This document shows, piece by piece, positions 42,701 through 52,934 of a stretch of 64,000 nt of DNA. The stretch's first letter is position 1, and every line of letters begins with the position of its first letter. The DNA comes from an uncultured Acidobacteriota bacterium. GTDB lineage: Bacteria > Acidobacteriota > UBA6911. Position numbers and translations under genes: made by a program. Location of the stretch: positions 75,726 through 139,725 of the forward strand of contig CAWHCF010000043.1 of NCBI GenBank assembly GCA_963827655.1, in the 5' to 3' direction. Under the pieces are notes generated by a model, which ran no database searches, was not told where the DNA came from, and saw only the letters and a list, made by a program, of their open reading frames with translations.

Positions 42701-42733
42701 GCCTGCCCATCTGGTATGACCATGATGACCGAC
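42701..42733 (+). repeat. Direct-repeat copy of 41865-41897 (29/33 identical)
   Basis: GCCTGCCCATCTGGTATGACCATGATGACCGAC vs GCCTGTCCGTTTTGTATGACCATGATGACCGAC. Confidence 0.8.
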
Positions 42734-42782
42734 AGAAAGTCCAAAGTTGGGGCAAGCACGCTTGTGTAATTGCGCGTCCGCA

Positions 42783-44184
42783 CTAAGCCCGCTGTTTTCG
42801 TGATCCGGGGGACAACTCGCGCAGGAGTTGATTCATCGCAATAAGGAAGGGATCCCACACCTGGGAGTAAGGGGGAGCGTAGCCCAGGTCGAGCTGGGCC
42901 GCATCTTCCACCTTCATGCCATTCGTCAGGGCCACCGCCGCAACATCGACTCTCTTGTCGGCCCCATCTCCGGCGGCCTGCAGTCCCAGCAACCGCCTGG
43001 AAGAACGATCCGCGATCGCTCTTATGGCCACGCGACTTGATTCAGCCATATATGCTGCGCGGGACGGAGCCGAGATCTGAACTGAAACCGGCTGGAATCC
43101 GCACTCCACGGCCTCCTTGTAATTCAGTCCCGTGCGCGCCACGCAAAGATCGAAGATTCTCACAACCCAGGTATTCAAGACGCCGCGAAACGAGCTGCGT
43201 TGTCCGGCCAGGTTCTCACCGGCGATTCGTCCCTGCTTGTTTGCCGCGGTGCCCAGCCCGTTAAAAACCGGTTGATTCGAAACCAGATGGATAGCTTCGG
43301 CACAGTTGCCGGCTGCGAAAATGCCGGGCATGGATGTTTCCAATTCCGGAGTTACCGCGATAGCCCCCGAGCGCCCGAGCGCGATCCCGTGCCGCTTCGG
43401 CTAAAGTTGTCTCGGGACGGACGCCGATGTCGACGACCACGAGATCAGTTTGGACGGGATCTTCTCCTCGGTCCAGCCAGGCCGAGTGAACTTCGCCAAG
43501 GTCGTTGCCAAAGAAGGTGCGGACCGACCTTTCCTTTATGATTCGGACGCCGTGCCGCGTCAGCTCGCGTTCAGCCAGTTCGGCAATCTCCGGATCGAGC
43601 CCGGCCAGAATGTGACTTCCCTTTTCCACGAGGGTCAATTCAATGCCGCGCCGGGCAAGACTCTCGGCCATTTCTACGTTCACGAGGCCGCCGCCCACAA
43701 GCAGGGCGCGGCGAGAGTGGCTCCGCAATGCCTGGTGGATCGCTTCGGCGTCGGTGAGGTGGGCAAGAGTGAAGATGTTCCTTAGATTCGATCCAGGAAC
43801 CTCCAGGCGCATGGGCCGGTAACCGGTCGCGAGGAGCAAGCGATCGTAGTCATAAGCCGCTTCGCGTCCGGTTGCGATTTCCCGCGCCAGCACGCGGCGT
43901 CGCGCCGGTTCGAGTCTTTCCGCCCGCATGCGCGTGATGACGCGCACCCCGCGTTTTTGCTCGAAGGTTTCTGCAGTGTATGAAATGAGGCTTTCGACTC
44001 GGGGAACTTCGCCGGACAGGTAGTAAGGCGCGCCGCATATACTGTAGGAGACGTGCGGTCCCTGTTCCAGAACCACTATGTCAAGGTCGGGATTCAAGCG
44101 CGCGGCGCGTCCGGCGGCGGTCATTCCTCCGGCATTTCCGCCCACGATTACTATTGGTGTCCGGCCCTGAAAATTCCTCGGCAT
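42783..44184 (-). CDS. CoA-disulfide reductase / NADH oxidase-like flavoprotein, frameshift near 43380
   Basis: GGNAGG, SYSICGAPY, LLLATG, AAGNC, LGTAANKQG, DLGYAPPYS. Confidence 0.87.
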
Positions 44185-44228
44185 CCTAGCCCGTCAACTG
44201 AATTGAATTTTCAAGGCATGACATCAAT

Positions 44229-45692
44229 CTAGACCTGACTCCACGACTCGAGCTTCTTCTTCAGGCTCGCCATGGCCTGGTCCGCAACCGCCCCGTCGAT
44301 GACCCGATGGTCGAAACTGAGCGAGAGATAGACCATCGAACGAATCGCTATGGCATCGCTGATGACTACCGGCCGTTTTCTGGATCCCTCCTACGCCAAG
44401 GATTGCTACCTGGGGCTGATTGATGATCGGAGTGCCAAAAAGCGGCCCGTAGATTCCGGGATTGGTGACGGTTATGGTACCGTTTTGCACCTCCTCCGGC
44501 TTCAGCTTCTTGGTGCGCGCGCGTTCGGCCAGGTCGTGAATAGCCACCGCCAGGCCCGTCAATGACTTCAGGTGAGCATGCTTGACGACGGGAACGATGA
44601 GCCCGGTATCGAGGGCTACTGCTATCCCCACATTCACTTCCCGCTTGTAGATGATGTTGTCACCGGAAACAGAGCAGTTGAGGACCGGGAATTCACGCAC
44701 GGTATCAACCAGGGCTTTCACCAGAAACGGCGTATAGGTGAGTTTGATTCCCTCTCGAGCCTCAAAAGATTCCTTGTGCTTCTCTCTTAACTGCACAATG
44801 GAGGTCATATCGACCTCGAACACGGTACTCACGTGGGCGGAGGTCCGCCGGCTGAGTGTCATGTGTTCCGCGATGGCTTTGCGCATCGGCGTCATGGCAA
44901 CGGTTTCGCTTTCGCCGGCGAACCTGGGAGCTTCCGGGGTCGCTGGCGCGGGCTGCGGCGCTTCCTTTTCCGAGGGAACACCCGCCGCGGGCGCGGGCTT
45001 GGGCACCTCTGCCAGCCGTGGTTTCGGAGCCTCTTCTTCTTCGGCCGGTTGATCGATGTAGCTTAGAATGTCCTGCTTCGTGATGCGGCCCTCGAGCCCG
45101 GTCCCGTGAATCTGGGAGAGATCGATACCATGTTCACGCGCCAGCTTTCGCACCAGCGGTGAGGTGCGTATATCGCGCGCCTCCGGGGCTGCGGGTGGCG
45201 CAGGTTTCGGCGGCGGCGACGGGGGCAGGCGCAGCTTTCAGCGGAGGCGTGGCGGCGGATGGCGCCGATTGAGGCTTTTCTGCGGGAGGAGTTTCACGCC
45301 GACCCTCCTGCCTGGGTGTCGCGGGTTTCTCTCCTTCCTCAACTCGCGCTTGACGCCTCGCCCGCCGGTTCTTCCTTCATTTTCATCGGTTTCGGTTTCG
45401 TGTGCTTCCCTCTCATCGCCGGCCCCCCCTTCTTCGGCTTTAGCCTGGCCCGTTCCTCTCCGTCGATGACGGCGACCACCGTGTTGATTTGAACGGTCTT
45501 TCCCTCCGGAACCAGGATTTCGGACAGAACGCCCGCAGCGGGGGAAGGAATCTCGGAGTCGACTTTGTCGGTCGAGATCTCGAAGAGAGGTTCGTCGCGC
45601 GCAACGTTTTCACCCACCTTTTTCAACCACTTGGTGATAGTGCCTTCGAAAATAGACTCTCCCATCTGCGGCATGATGACTTTGGTCGTCAT
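44229..45692 (-). CDS. 2-oxoacid dehydrogenase E2 dihydrolipoamide acyltransferase, several frameshifts
   Basis: Lipoyl domain EISTDKVDSE; E3-binding GTGLEGRITKQD; PIINQPQVAILG; FDHRVIDG in an alternate frame. Confidence 0.88.
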
Positions 45693-45743
45693 GTTTAGGT
45701 TCTCCTCACCAGCAAGAGCTGCGCCGTGCAAACGAGTTGCCTG

Positions 45744-45820
45744 GTTCTTCTTCGTGTCTTTGAGTCTCAGTGGTATTTGTTCGAAAGCTCTAACCACGAA
45801 GACACAAAGACACGAAGAAT
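45744..45820. repeat. Family A paired hairpin element (well conserved)
   Basis: TTCTTCGTGTCTTTGAGTCTCAGTGGT-ATTTGTTCGAAAGCTCTA-ACCACGAAGACACAAAGACACGAAGAA. Confidence 0.85.
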
Positions 45821-45856
45821 CACTAAAATCAACCATTCCCCCGCGCAAAAAGGGCG

Positions 45857-46831
45857 CTAGTAGGAAGCGAGTTTCCGCGCGGTGTTCAGTACATCCGCTG
45901 TCTTCGGCAGGAAGAATTCTTCCAGAGGAGGACTGTAGGGGACGGGGGTGTCCGGAGCAGTGATGCGCAAGACCGGTCCATCGAGATACTCGAACGCCTC
46001 TTCGCAGATGATCGCAGTGATTTCGCCGGCGATGCCGCCGGTTCGAGTATCCTCGTGCAGGATGAACACTTTGTTGTTTCTCTTCACGGAGTCCAACACT
46101 GTCTCCTTGTCCAACGGAAGAAGGCTTCGCAGATCGATGACCTCTAGATCGATTCCTTCTTTTTCAAGTTCGCTAGCGGCCTCAAGCGCAGTGTATACCA
46201 TGGCTCCGTACGTGAGGACGGTCAGATCGCCCCCGGGGCGGCGAACGGCGGCTTTCCCGATCGGAACGATAAAATCTTCATCGGGCAACTCCTCTTTTAT
46301 CCTGCGGTAGAGGAATTTGTGCTCGAGATAGATCACCGGATCGTCATCGCGGATGGCGGCCTTGATCAGACCCTTGGCATCGTACGCGGTTGAAGGAGCG
46401 ACTACTTTGAGCCCCGGCGTGTGAACATAGTACATTTCGGGATTCTGCGAGTGAAACGGGCCGCCATGAACCCCTCCTCCCGACGGGCCTCGAATAACGA
46501 TGGGAACCCCGGCTCCCCAGCGATAACGCGACTTCGCAGCGAAATTGGTAATCTGGTCAAAGGCGCACGAGATGAAGTCGATAAACTGCATCTCTGCGAT
46601 CGGACGCAGCCCCATGTAGGCGGCGCCGATGGCAGCCCCCACGATGGCAGATTCGGAAATAGGCGTGTCCAGGACCCGATCGGCGCCGAATCGCTCCAGC
46701 ATTCCCTCGGTAACTTTAAAGGCTCCGCCGTAGGCCCCGACGTCCTCACCGAGAATGAATACGCGGTCATCGCGTTCCATCTCTTCCCACATTCCCTGGC
46801 GAATAGCTTCGAGGTAAGTCGTTGGACTCAT
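45857..46831 (-). CDS. 2-oxoacid dehydrogenase E1 beta subunit
   Basis: GEDVG.YGG.F, DTPISE, EMQF.DF, HSQ, DLRSL.PLD. Confidence 0.93.
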   Translation of the reverse strand: MSPTTYLEAIRQGMWEEMERDDRVFILGEDVGAYGGAFKVTEGMLERFGADRVLDTPISESAIVGAAIGAAYMGLRPIAEMQFIDFISCAFDQITNFAAKSRYRWGAGVPIVIRGPSGGGVHGGPFHSQNPEMYYVHTPGLKVVAPSTAYDAKGLIKAAIRDDDPVIYLEHKFLYRRIKEELPDEDFIVPIGKAAVRRPGGDLTVLTYGAMVYTALEAASELEKEGIDLEVIDLRSLLPLDKETVLDSVKRNNKVFILHEDTRTGGIAGEITAIICEEAFEYLDGPVLRITAPDTPVPYSPPLEEFFLPKTADVLNTARKLASY

Positions 46832-46832
46832 T

Positions 46833-47009
46833 TTTGATTTACGATTGACGATTGACGATTGACGATTGAAAATCCAGAAATCTCGACGATTGACGATTGA
46901 GTGGAACGGACTCAATTCATGATCTCCATCTTTCGATTAACGATTGACGATTGAAAATCCAATTGAAGTGCCTTCTTCGCACTCAATCGTAAATCGTAAA
47001 TCGTCAATT
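46833..47009. repeat. Heptamer array element (family B) filling the E1alpha-E1beta junction
   Basis: (ACGATTG)n arrays, two GATTGAAAATCC copies, and an inverted AATCGTAAATCGTAAATCGTCAAT. Confidence 0.85.
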
Positions 47010-48020
47010 TGCATAGACGTCGGTCAGGCATTCCTCCGGGTCGGGAAAAGGACTCTTTTCCGCCCACTCGACAGCCTGATTGACCTCCTCCACAATTTGT
47101 CTTTGAAGCTGATCGATTTCGGCCCTCGCGACAATCTCTTCCTGGATCAGGATCTGCTGGTAGCGAGAGATAGGATCTTTCTTCTCCCACTCCTCAAATA
47201 ACTCCTTCGGCACGTATCCCGCATCGTCGTGCGCCGAGTGTCCGGTCATCCGGAACGTTCTGCACTCCAGGAGCGTCGGACCTATACCTGCGCGCGCCCG
47301 ATCGATCGCGAGCCTGGTAGTTTCGTAGACCGCAAGCACATCGTTGCCGTCCACTATCTCGCCCGGCATGGCATAGGCTATCGCGCGGTCGGCAACGTTC
47401 TCAACCGCCATCTGGCGGTTCAGGGGAGTTGAGTAGGCGTACTGGTTGTTGTTGCAGATAAAAACGACCGGGAGCTTCTGAACCGCAGCCAGGTTGAGTC
47501 CCTCATGCCAGTCGCCCCGGCTGGTGGCGCCATCGCCAAAATAGCAGAGGACGACCCGGTCTTCGTGACGCATCTTGAACGCCAGTCCGACTCCGGTTGC
47601 AACCGGGACATTGTCGCCCAGCATACTTATAAAAGAGACGACATTCTGTTTGAGGTCGCCCATGTGCATGTTGCCGTCTTTCCCCCTTGTGTACCCGTCG
47701 CGGCGCCCCATGTACTGAGCGAGTATGCGGGCTGGTGTCATTCCGCGGATCAGGAAGGCAGCCATGTCGCGATGTGAGGGGCATATTGCGTCCTCGGGAC
47801 GAGTGAGAATAGAAGAGCCCACTGAGATGGCCTCCTGCCCGCGGCCGACATATACTCCGCCAAGGATTTTCCCCTGCCGGTAGAGCTTTCTTTCGATACG
47901 ATCCTCCAGCTCGCGCGTCAGCATCATGTAATAGAGCATTCGCCGGTGCGTTTTTGCATCTACCAGCGATCGAGCCTTGCCCCCGACTGCGATCTCCGTT
48001 TGGTTCTGGGTCTTGCGCAT
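47004..48020 (-). CDS. 2-oxoacid dehydrogenase E1 alpha subunit
   Basis: GQEAI, GDGATSRGDWHE...NNQYA, GHSAHDD. Confidence 0.92.
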   Translation of the reverse strand: MRKTQNQTEIAVGGKARSLVDAKTHRRMLYYMMLTRELEDRIERKLYRQGKILGGVYVGRGQEAISVGSSILTRPEDAICPSHRDMAAFLIRGMTPARILAQYMGRRDGYTRGKDGNMHMGDLKQNVVSFISMLGDNVPVATGVGLAFKMRHEDRVVLCYFGDGATSRGDWHEGLNLAAVQKLPVVFICNNNQYAYSTPLNRQMAVENVADRAIAYAMPGEIVDGNDVLAVYETTRLAIDRARAGIGPTLLECRTFRMTGHSAHDDAGYVPKELFEEWEKKDPISRYQQILIQEEIVARAEIDQLQRQIVEEVNQAVEWAEKSPFPDPEECLTDVYAN

Positions 48021-48083
48021 GGTCTTCCTCTGATCGCGATTGACGATGCTAACCTTGGACAATGAGTTTCAACGGTTTAATCG

Positions 48084-49055
48084 TCAATTTGGAGCAGGCT
48101 CCTGGTAGACACCATCCAAGGTGTGCCCGCCTTCGGGAAACGGGCTGTTTTCGGCGAACTCCACTGCCCGGTCGATCTCGGAACTCACCCGACCCAAAAT
48201 AGTATCGCGTTCTTCATTCGACATGAAACGGCTTTCGAACAAGTATTTTTCGAAGCGCTCGATCGGGTCATTAGACTTCCACTTTTCCAGCTCTGACCTG
48301 GGCACGTACCAGGCGTCGTCGTGTTCGGCATGCCCTTTCATACGCATAGTCTTGGCTTCGATCAGGGCCGGACCTAAACCCTGGCGGGCGTGATCGAAGG
48401 CTTGCCTGGCGATTTCATAGACCGCCAGGACGTCATTCCCGTCGACCTGGAAGCCGATAATGCCATAGGCTTGAGCCCTGGTGACGAACTCCGTATTGGC
48501 GGTCTGGCGGCTGGTCGGGGTGGAGTAAGCCCATCCGTTATTCTCTATCACCAAAACCAGAGGAACTTTCTGGATGGCCGCGAAATTGAGTCCCTCGTGA
48601 AAGTCGCCGGTACTCGCACCTCCATCGCCGAGGTAAGTCAGGGCCACGATTTTGCGGCCTTGCATCTTCGCCGCCAATGCGGCGCCCGTCATCACCGGTA
48701 TCAAAGCTCCCAACATGCTGATGGGCGCAATGACACCGCGTCTGAGATCTCCGATATGCATGTTGCCGTCGCGCCCGCCCGTGGGGCTGGTGCTCCGAGC
48801 CATGTGCTGAGCGAACAGGTCTTCCGGACGAAATCCCCGAACCAGAAGCGAACCCAGATTCCGGATCATCGGTGCCATAAGGTCATCCGGCTCGAGCGCG
48901 TAAGCCGTCCCGATCGAAATGGCCTCCTGACCTCTGCTGGTGTAGACTCCGCCTACCACTTTGCCGGTCCGGTAAAGCGCTACCAGCTTTTCCTCCATGC
49001 GCCGATTCAACTGCAGCCAGTAGTAGAGCTCATGCAACTGCGCTTTGTTGAGCAT
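48084..49055 (-). CDS. Second E1 alpha subunit paralog
   Basis: GQEAI, GDGGASTGDFHE...NNGWA, GHAEHDD. Confidence 0.92.
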   Translation of the reverse strand: MLNKAQLHELYYWLQLNRRMEEKLVALYRTGKVVGGVYTSRGQEAISIGTAYALEPDDLMAPMIRNLGSLLVRGFRPEDLFAQHMARSTSPTGGRDGNMHIGDLRRGVIAPISMLGALIPVMTGAALAAKMQGRKIVALTYLGDGGASTGDFHEGLNFAAIQKVPLVLVIENNGWAYSTPTSRQTANTEFVTRAQAYGIIGFQVDGNDVLAVYEIARQAFDHARQGLGPALIEAKTMRMKGHAEHDDAWYVPRSELEKWKSNDPIERFEKYLFESRFMSNEERDTILGRVSSEIDRAVEFAENSPFPEGGHTLDGVYQEPAPN

Positions 49056-49758
49056 GGCCGTTGATCCTGCAGCAAAGATCTGTTTCGGAAAGGATCGTCA
49101 TCGAACGTTCGAATACCGTGCCGAAGGATGGGATCAGTCGACGGGCGACCTCGTCAACCTCGATCGGCTCCTGAAGAACCGAGGCCATCGAAGCGACGCG
49201 CGCTCCCGAAATGCCGCACGGGACGATCAAATCAAAAAAGGAAAGATCCGTACTCACGTTCAGCGCGAAACCATGACGGGTGATCCAGCGGCTGATGTGA
49301 ACTCCCATGGCGGCGATTTTTCCGCCATCGGTCCACACACCCGTGAAATCGTCATGGCGAGTCGCGCGGATGCCGTACAAATTCAAGACCCGAAGGATCA
49401 GTTCCTCGAGATTTCGCATATAGCGGCGCACATCGCGCTCATGGTTTCGCAGCTCGAGAATCGGATAGCCGACCAGCTGTCCCGGCCCGTGATATGTGAT
49501 GTCGCCGCCGCGATCGACTTCGCATCGGACGACTCCTCTTGCCGCCAGCGTTTCCTCCGGAACCAGAAGATGGCTCCATGTCCCGTTGCGACCGAGCGTG
49601 ATGGTCGGAGGGTGCTCCACGAGGAGCAAGACATCGTCCACGAATCCGCGCTTCTTTGCTTCGGAGATTCTCATCTGGAGCCGTAGCGCCCGCTCGTATT
49701 GCATCGATCCCAGAAAGAGCGCATAGCAAGGCTTGGGCTCAGGCACGCATCCTCTCAA
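49030..49758 (-). CDS. lipB: Lipoyl(octanoyl) transferase
   Basis: EHPPTITLGR, DRGGDITYHGPGQLVGYP, KIAAMG, HGFALN, IVPCG. Confidence 0.93.
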   Translation of the reverse strand: MRGCVPEPKPCYALFLGSMQYERALRLQMRISEAKKRGFVDDVLLLVEHPPTITLGRNGTWSHLLVPEETLAARGVVRCEVDRGGDITYHGPGQLVGYPILELRNHERDVRRYMRNLEELILRVLNLYGIRATRHDDFTGVWTDGGKIAAMGVHISRWITRHGFALNVSTDLSFFDLIVPCGISGARVASMASVLQEPIEVDEVARRLIPSFGTVFERSMTILSETDLCCRINGHAQQSAVA

Positions 49759-51158
49759 AAATGAATGGCGGCGCCATAGATTGCGTGAGCCGCTTCCATT
49801 ATTCCTTCGGAGACCGTCGGGTGGGCGTGTATCAAATGCGAGACGTCCCTTGCGGTGGCTTCGAGGCCGATTACTGCAGTCCCTTCGGCGATCAACTCAG
49901 TGACATGGGGGCCAATCATGTGGACACCCAGAATCTCCTTGTATCGCTTGTCGCACACTAACTTAACAAACCCTTCATTTTCTCCCAGAATCGTCGCTTT
50001 TCCAATAGCCGCGAAGGGAAACTTACTTGTTATCACTTCGTGACCGCGCTCTTTGGCCGCAAGCTCGGTCAGGCCGACGCTGGCAACCTCCGGGTGGCAA
50101 TAGGTACAGTTCGGAACCAGGTCGTAGTTGATCGGTTTTGTTTCCTCTCCTGCGATATGGCTCATCGCCAGTATCCCCTCATGGGAAGCTAGATGGGCAA
50201 GCTGCTGGGTCGGAACTACGTCTCCAATCGCAAAAAAACCTTGAACATTGGTTTCCATATGCTCATCGACCGGGATGAAGCCTCTCGAGATGGCGATGCG
50301 AACCTTTTCCAGCCCGATTCCCTCGCTGACCGGCCGGCGTCCGACCGCGATCAAAGCCTTGTCCGTGACGATGGTCCTGGTCTCGCCTCCCGAGATGGTT
50401 ACCGTCGAATGAACCTTCCCTTCTTTGAGTTCCACGTTTTCCAGCCGGGCGTCGGTGAAGAACTTGATTTTCTTCCGCGCCAGGATCTTGCGCAGCTCTT
50501 CAGAGATTTCGTGATCTTCAAGAGGAAGAATGCGCGGCAGCATTTCCACGACCGTCACATCCGTTCCGAATCGGGAGAAGATGGACGCGAATTCGATTCC
50601 AACGGCGCCCGCCCCGACCACAAGAAGGGAGTTAGGAATACTGTCCAGATCCAGGATCTCCTTGTTAGTCAGAATGTTCTGTCCATCCAGCTCCAGACCG
50701 GGCAGCAGCCTGGCTTCCGACCCGGTGGCAATGAGGATGTTTTTGGCTTTCACTTCTTGAGCCGTTTCTCCTTCGACCTGGATTGTGCCCGGGGCGCTGA
50801 TCGTCGCCTTCCCGCGAAAAGTCGAAATCTTGTTCTTCTTCATCAGGAAGTCCGTTCCCATCGCGAGCTTCTTGACAATCTTGTCTTTTCGGGCTTTAAC
50901 CAGACGAAAATCCAGGTTTATATCCTTGTACAGGATGCCGAATTCTTTGCCGTTCAAGGCTTTTTCGTACAGGTCGGCGTTCAGCAGCAGGGCTTTCGTG
51001 GGGATGCAACCCCAGTGCAGACAGGTACCGCCGAACTTGGCGTATTTCTCGATCAGGGCGACCTTCAGGCCGAGTTGGCTCCCCTTAATGGCGGAGACGT
51101 AACCCCCGGGACCGCTCCCAATGACAGCAACATCGTAGACCATGGGCTCTGTGCTCAC
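49755..51158 (-). CDS. lpdA: Dihydrolipoamide dehydrogenase (E3)
   Basis: GSGPGGY, GGTCLHWGCIPTK, HAHPTVSE. Confidence 0.95.
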   Translation of the reverse strand: MSTEPMVYDVAVIGSGPGGYVSAIKGSQLGLKVALIEKYAKFGGTCLHWGCIPTKALLLNADLYEKALNGKEFGILYKDINLDFRLVKARKDKIVKKLAMGTDFLMKKNKISTFRGKATISAPGTIQVEGETAQEVKAKNILIATGSEARLLPGLELDGQNILTNKEILDLDSIPNSLLVVGAGAVGIEFASIFSRFGTDVTVVEMLPRILPLEDHEISEELRKILARKKIKFFTDARLENVELKEGKVHSTVTISGGETRTIVTDKALIAVGRRPVSEGIGLEKVRIAISRGFIPVDEHMETNVQGFFAIGDVVPTQQLAHLASHEGILAMSHIAGEETKPINYDLVPNCTYCHPEVASVGLTELAAKERGHEVITSKFPFAAIGKATILGENEGFVKLVCDKRYKEILGVHMIGPHVTELIAEGTAVIGLEATARDVSHLIHAHPTVSEGIMEAAHAIYGAAIHF

Positions 51159-51349
51159 CGTTCACCTTCTCGAATCGGGGCTTCGTTCAATGAATTGGTT
51201 TGCTGGACTCTGTGATTGGCTGCTGAGAGCCGATGGGAGCTGCATCCTGCTACGCTCCCCTTAGTGCCAGATACATGAAGGCTGAATAGTAGCACCAGCA
51301 AAACTAACGCGTCAAGCGACCGGCAACCCGCAGCGGATCATGAAGATTC

Positions 51350-51501
51350 TTGGTGTTTATTCGTGTCTTTGAGTCTTCGTGGTATTTCCCAGACAGCTCT
51401 AACCACGAAGACACGAAGCCGATAGACAAATTCAATTCACGGATGATAGTGTCTTAGGCGCCTTCGCTTGCCCGCCACAAAGACACGAAGGCGCGACGAA
51501 G
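51350..51501. repeat. Two adjacent family A elements
   Basis: TTCGTGTCTTTGAGTCTTCGTGGT-ATTTCCCAGACAGCTCTA-ACCACGAAGACACGAAG, then a degenerate copy. Confidence 0.8.
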
Positions 51502-51550
51502 CTTGCCCCGCAACGAAAGAGATTGTTGAATGCTATAAGGAGAAGCAGCG

Positions 51551-52348
51551 ATGGAAACGTCAGCGGGAATTTCAGCGGGAATTGAGGCGATTCTTCGGTG
51601 GGTGCATGTCCTGGCCGGAATCCTGTGGATAGGCCACCTCTACTTTTTCAATTTCGTCAATGCTCCGCTTGCGGCAAAACTCGATGCTCCCACAAAAAAG
51701 TCCATGGTACCCGAGTTGATGCCGCGAGCTCTCTACTGGTTCCGATGGGGTGCTGCCTGGACCTGGATTACAGGGTTTCTGATGTTGCTTATCGTCTACT
51801 ACATGAACAAGATCGCCGTTGACACCAAGGAATTCACCACCGGCAGCCTGGTCATGATTGTCGTGACCTTCGCGGCGGTGTTCATCTATGACGCCTTGTT
51901 CAAGAGCGCTCTGGCTAAAAATGTAAAAGTCGCCGTGAGTGTGGCCTTTGTCCTTGTGGCCATCATTCTGTTCCTCTACGTGAGCTATGGCGCTTTCAGC
52001 TATCGCGGCACCCTTATTCACACCGGGGCCATGTTCGGGAGCATCATGGCATTCAATGTCTGGTTCCGGATCTGGCCCGCCCAGCAGAAGATCATCCGGG
52101 CTGTCAAGCAAGGAGCCGCGCCCGACCCCGAGCTGGTGAAGCTCGCGGGAGGGAGATCCCGGCATAACACCTATCTCTCCGTTCCGCTTCTTTGGACCAT
52201 GATCGGCCAGCACACCACCTACTTTGCCGGCGGAAATCTAGGAATCCCGAGCAGCTATTACTGGATCGGCTTCCTCGTCATAATTCTGATCGGCTGGCAC
52301 ATCGTCTGGCAGCTCTATAAAATCGCAGGCAAAGTGACGGGTTTCTAG
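51551..52348 (+). CDS. Urate hydroxylase PuuD-like membrane protein (N-terminal domain only)
   Basis: RWVHVLAGILWIG, WFRWGAAWTWITG, IMAFNVWFRIWPAQQK, RSRHNTYLSVP. Confidence 0.8.
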   Translation: METSAGISAGIEAILRWVHVLAGILWIGHLYFFNFVNAPLAAKLDAPTKKSMVPELMPRALYWFRWGAAWTWITGFLMLLIVYYMNKIAVDTKEFTTGSLVMIVVTFAAVFIYDALFKSALAKNVKVAVSVAFVLVAIILFLYVSYGAFSYRGTLIHTGAMFGSIMAFNVWFRIWPAQQKIIRAVKQGAAPDPELVKLAGGRSRHNTYLSVPLLWTMIGQHTTYFAGGNLGIPSSYYWIGFLVIILIGWHIVWQLYKIAGKVTGF

Positions 52349-52404
52349 GCAGCACTAAAAACCTCGACGCGTGGAAAAACCGACCCACAAGGAATAAGAT
52401 TCCG

Positions 52405-52640
52405 TGTGCCTTGGAGTGCGCAAGCTTGCTTAGCTGGCCGTAGACGGCTTGGACATTTCGCCAGTGGGGCGACGAAGAGCCCGAGTCAGTCGAAGGTGCC
52501 AGTTAGAACATAGCCATTGCGCCTGAAGGCCCGGCAGGTGGATAGGGCCCCGCCCGCGCCAGGTGCCGGGCGAATCGCAACGACGCCCGTAGTACCGCAG
52601 GTCCGAAGCGCACCGGCTACTCCTTCGCCCTCGAGGCCGT
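52405..52640. repeat. Degenerate REP-like composite element
   Basis: TTGGAGTGCGCAAGCTTGCTT; TTGGACATTTC; GAAGGCCCGGCAG..GATAG.GCCCCGCCCG, shared with 59650-59730. Confidence 0.55.
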
Positions 52641-52641
52641 A

Positions 52642-52934
52642 TCAAACCTTGGCCAGTATCTCTTTTTGACTTCTCTGATCCGAGGCTCATCGCGCCTGTA
52701 GAACGTCCATTGCTTTATCCGCTGGAACGGACCAGCCCCGCTGTGACAAAACCTTGAGGTGCTCAGTCGCGGTCGGCTGCTGACGCCGAGCTTGCTCGGC
52801 GAGGAACACCACGCAAACGCCGTCTTTGACCAGATCACCGTCGGCTGCGGCCGGAAGTCGCCTCCGGGTCTTCAACCATTCCAGAATCTGAAGTTCCGGT
52901 CGCTGGCCAGCGCGCGGATGACTTCTCGAGACAT
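52642..52934 (-). CDS. ArsR/SmtB-family transcriptional regulator (multiple frameshifts)
   Basis: Pieces in different frames: MSREVIRALAS, LQILEWLK, DGDLVKDGVCV, QPTATEHLKVL, RIKQWTFYRRDE. Confidence 0.7.

Noticed and set aside
39836-47009. CRISPR array from the heptamer or 9-mer repeats
   Set aside because: No constant repeat with unique, equal-length spacers, and no cas genes.
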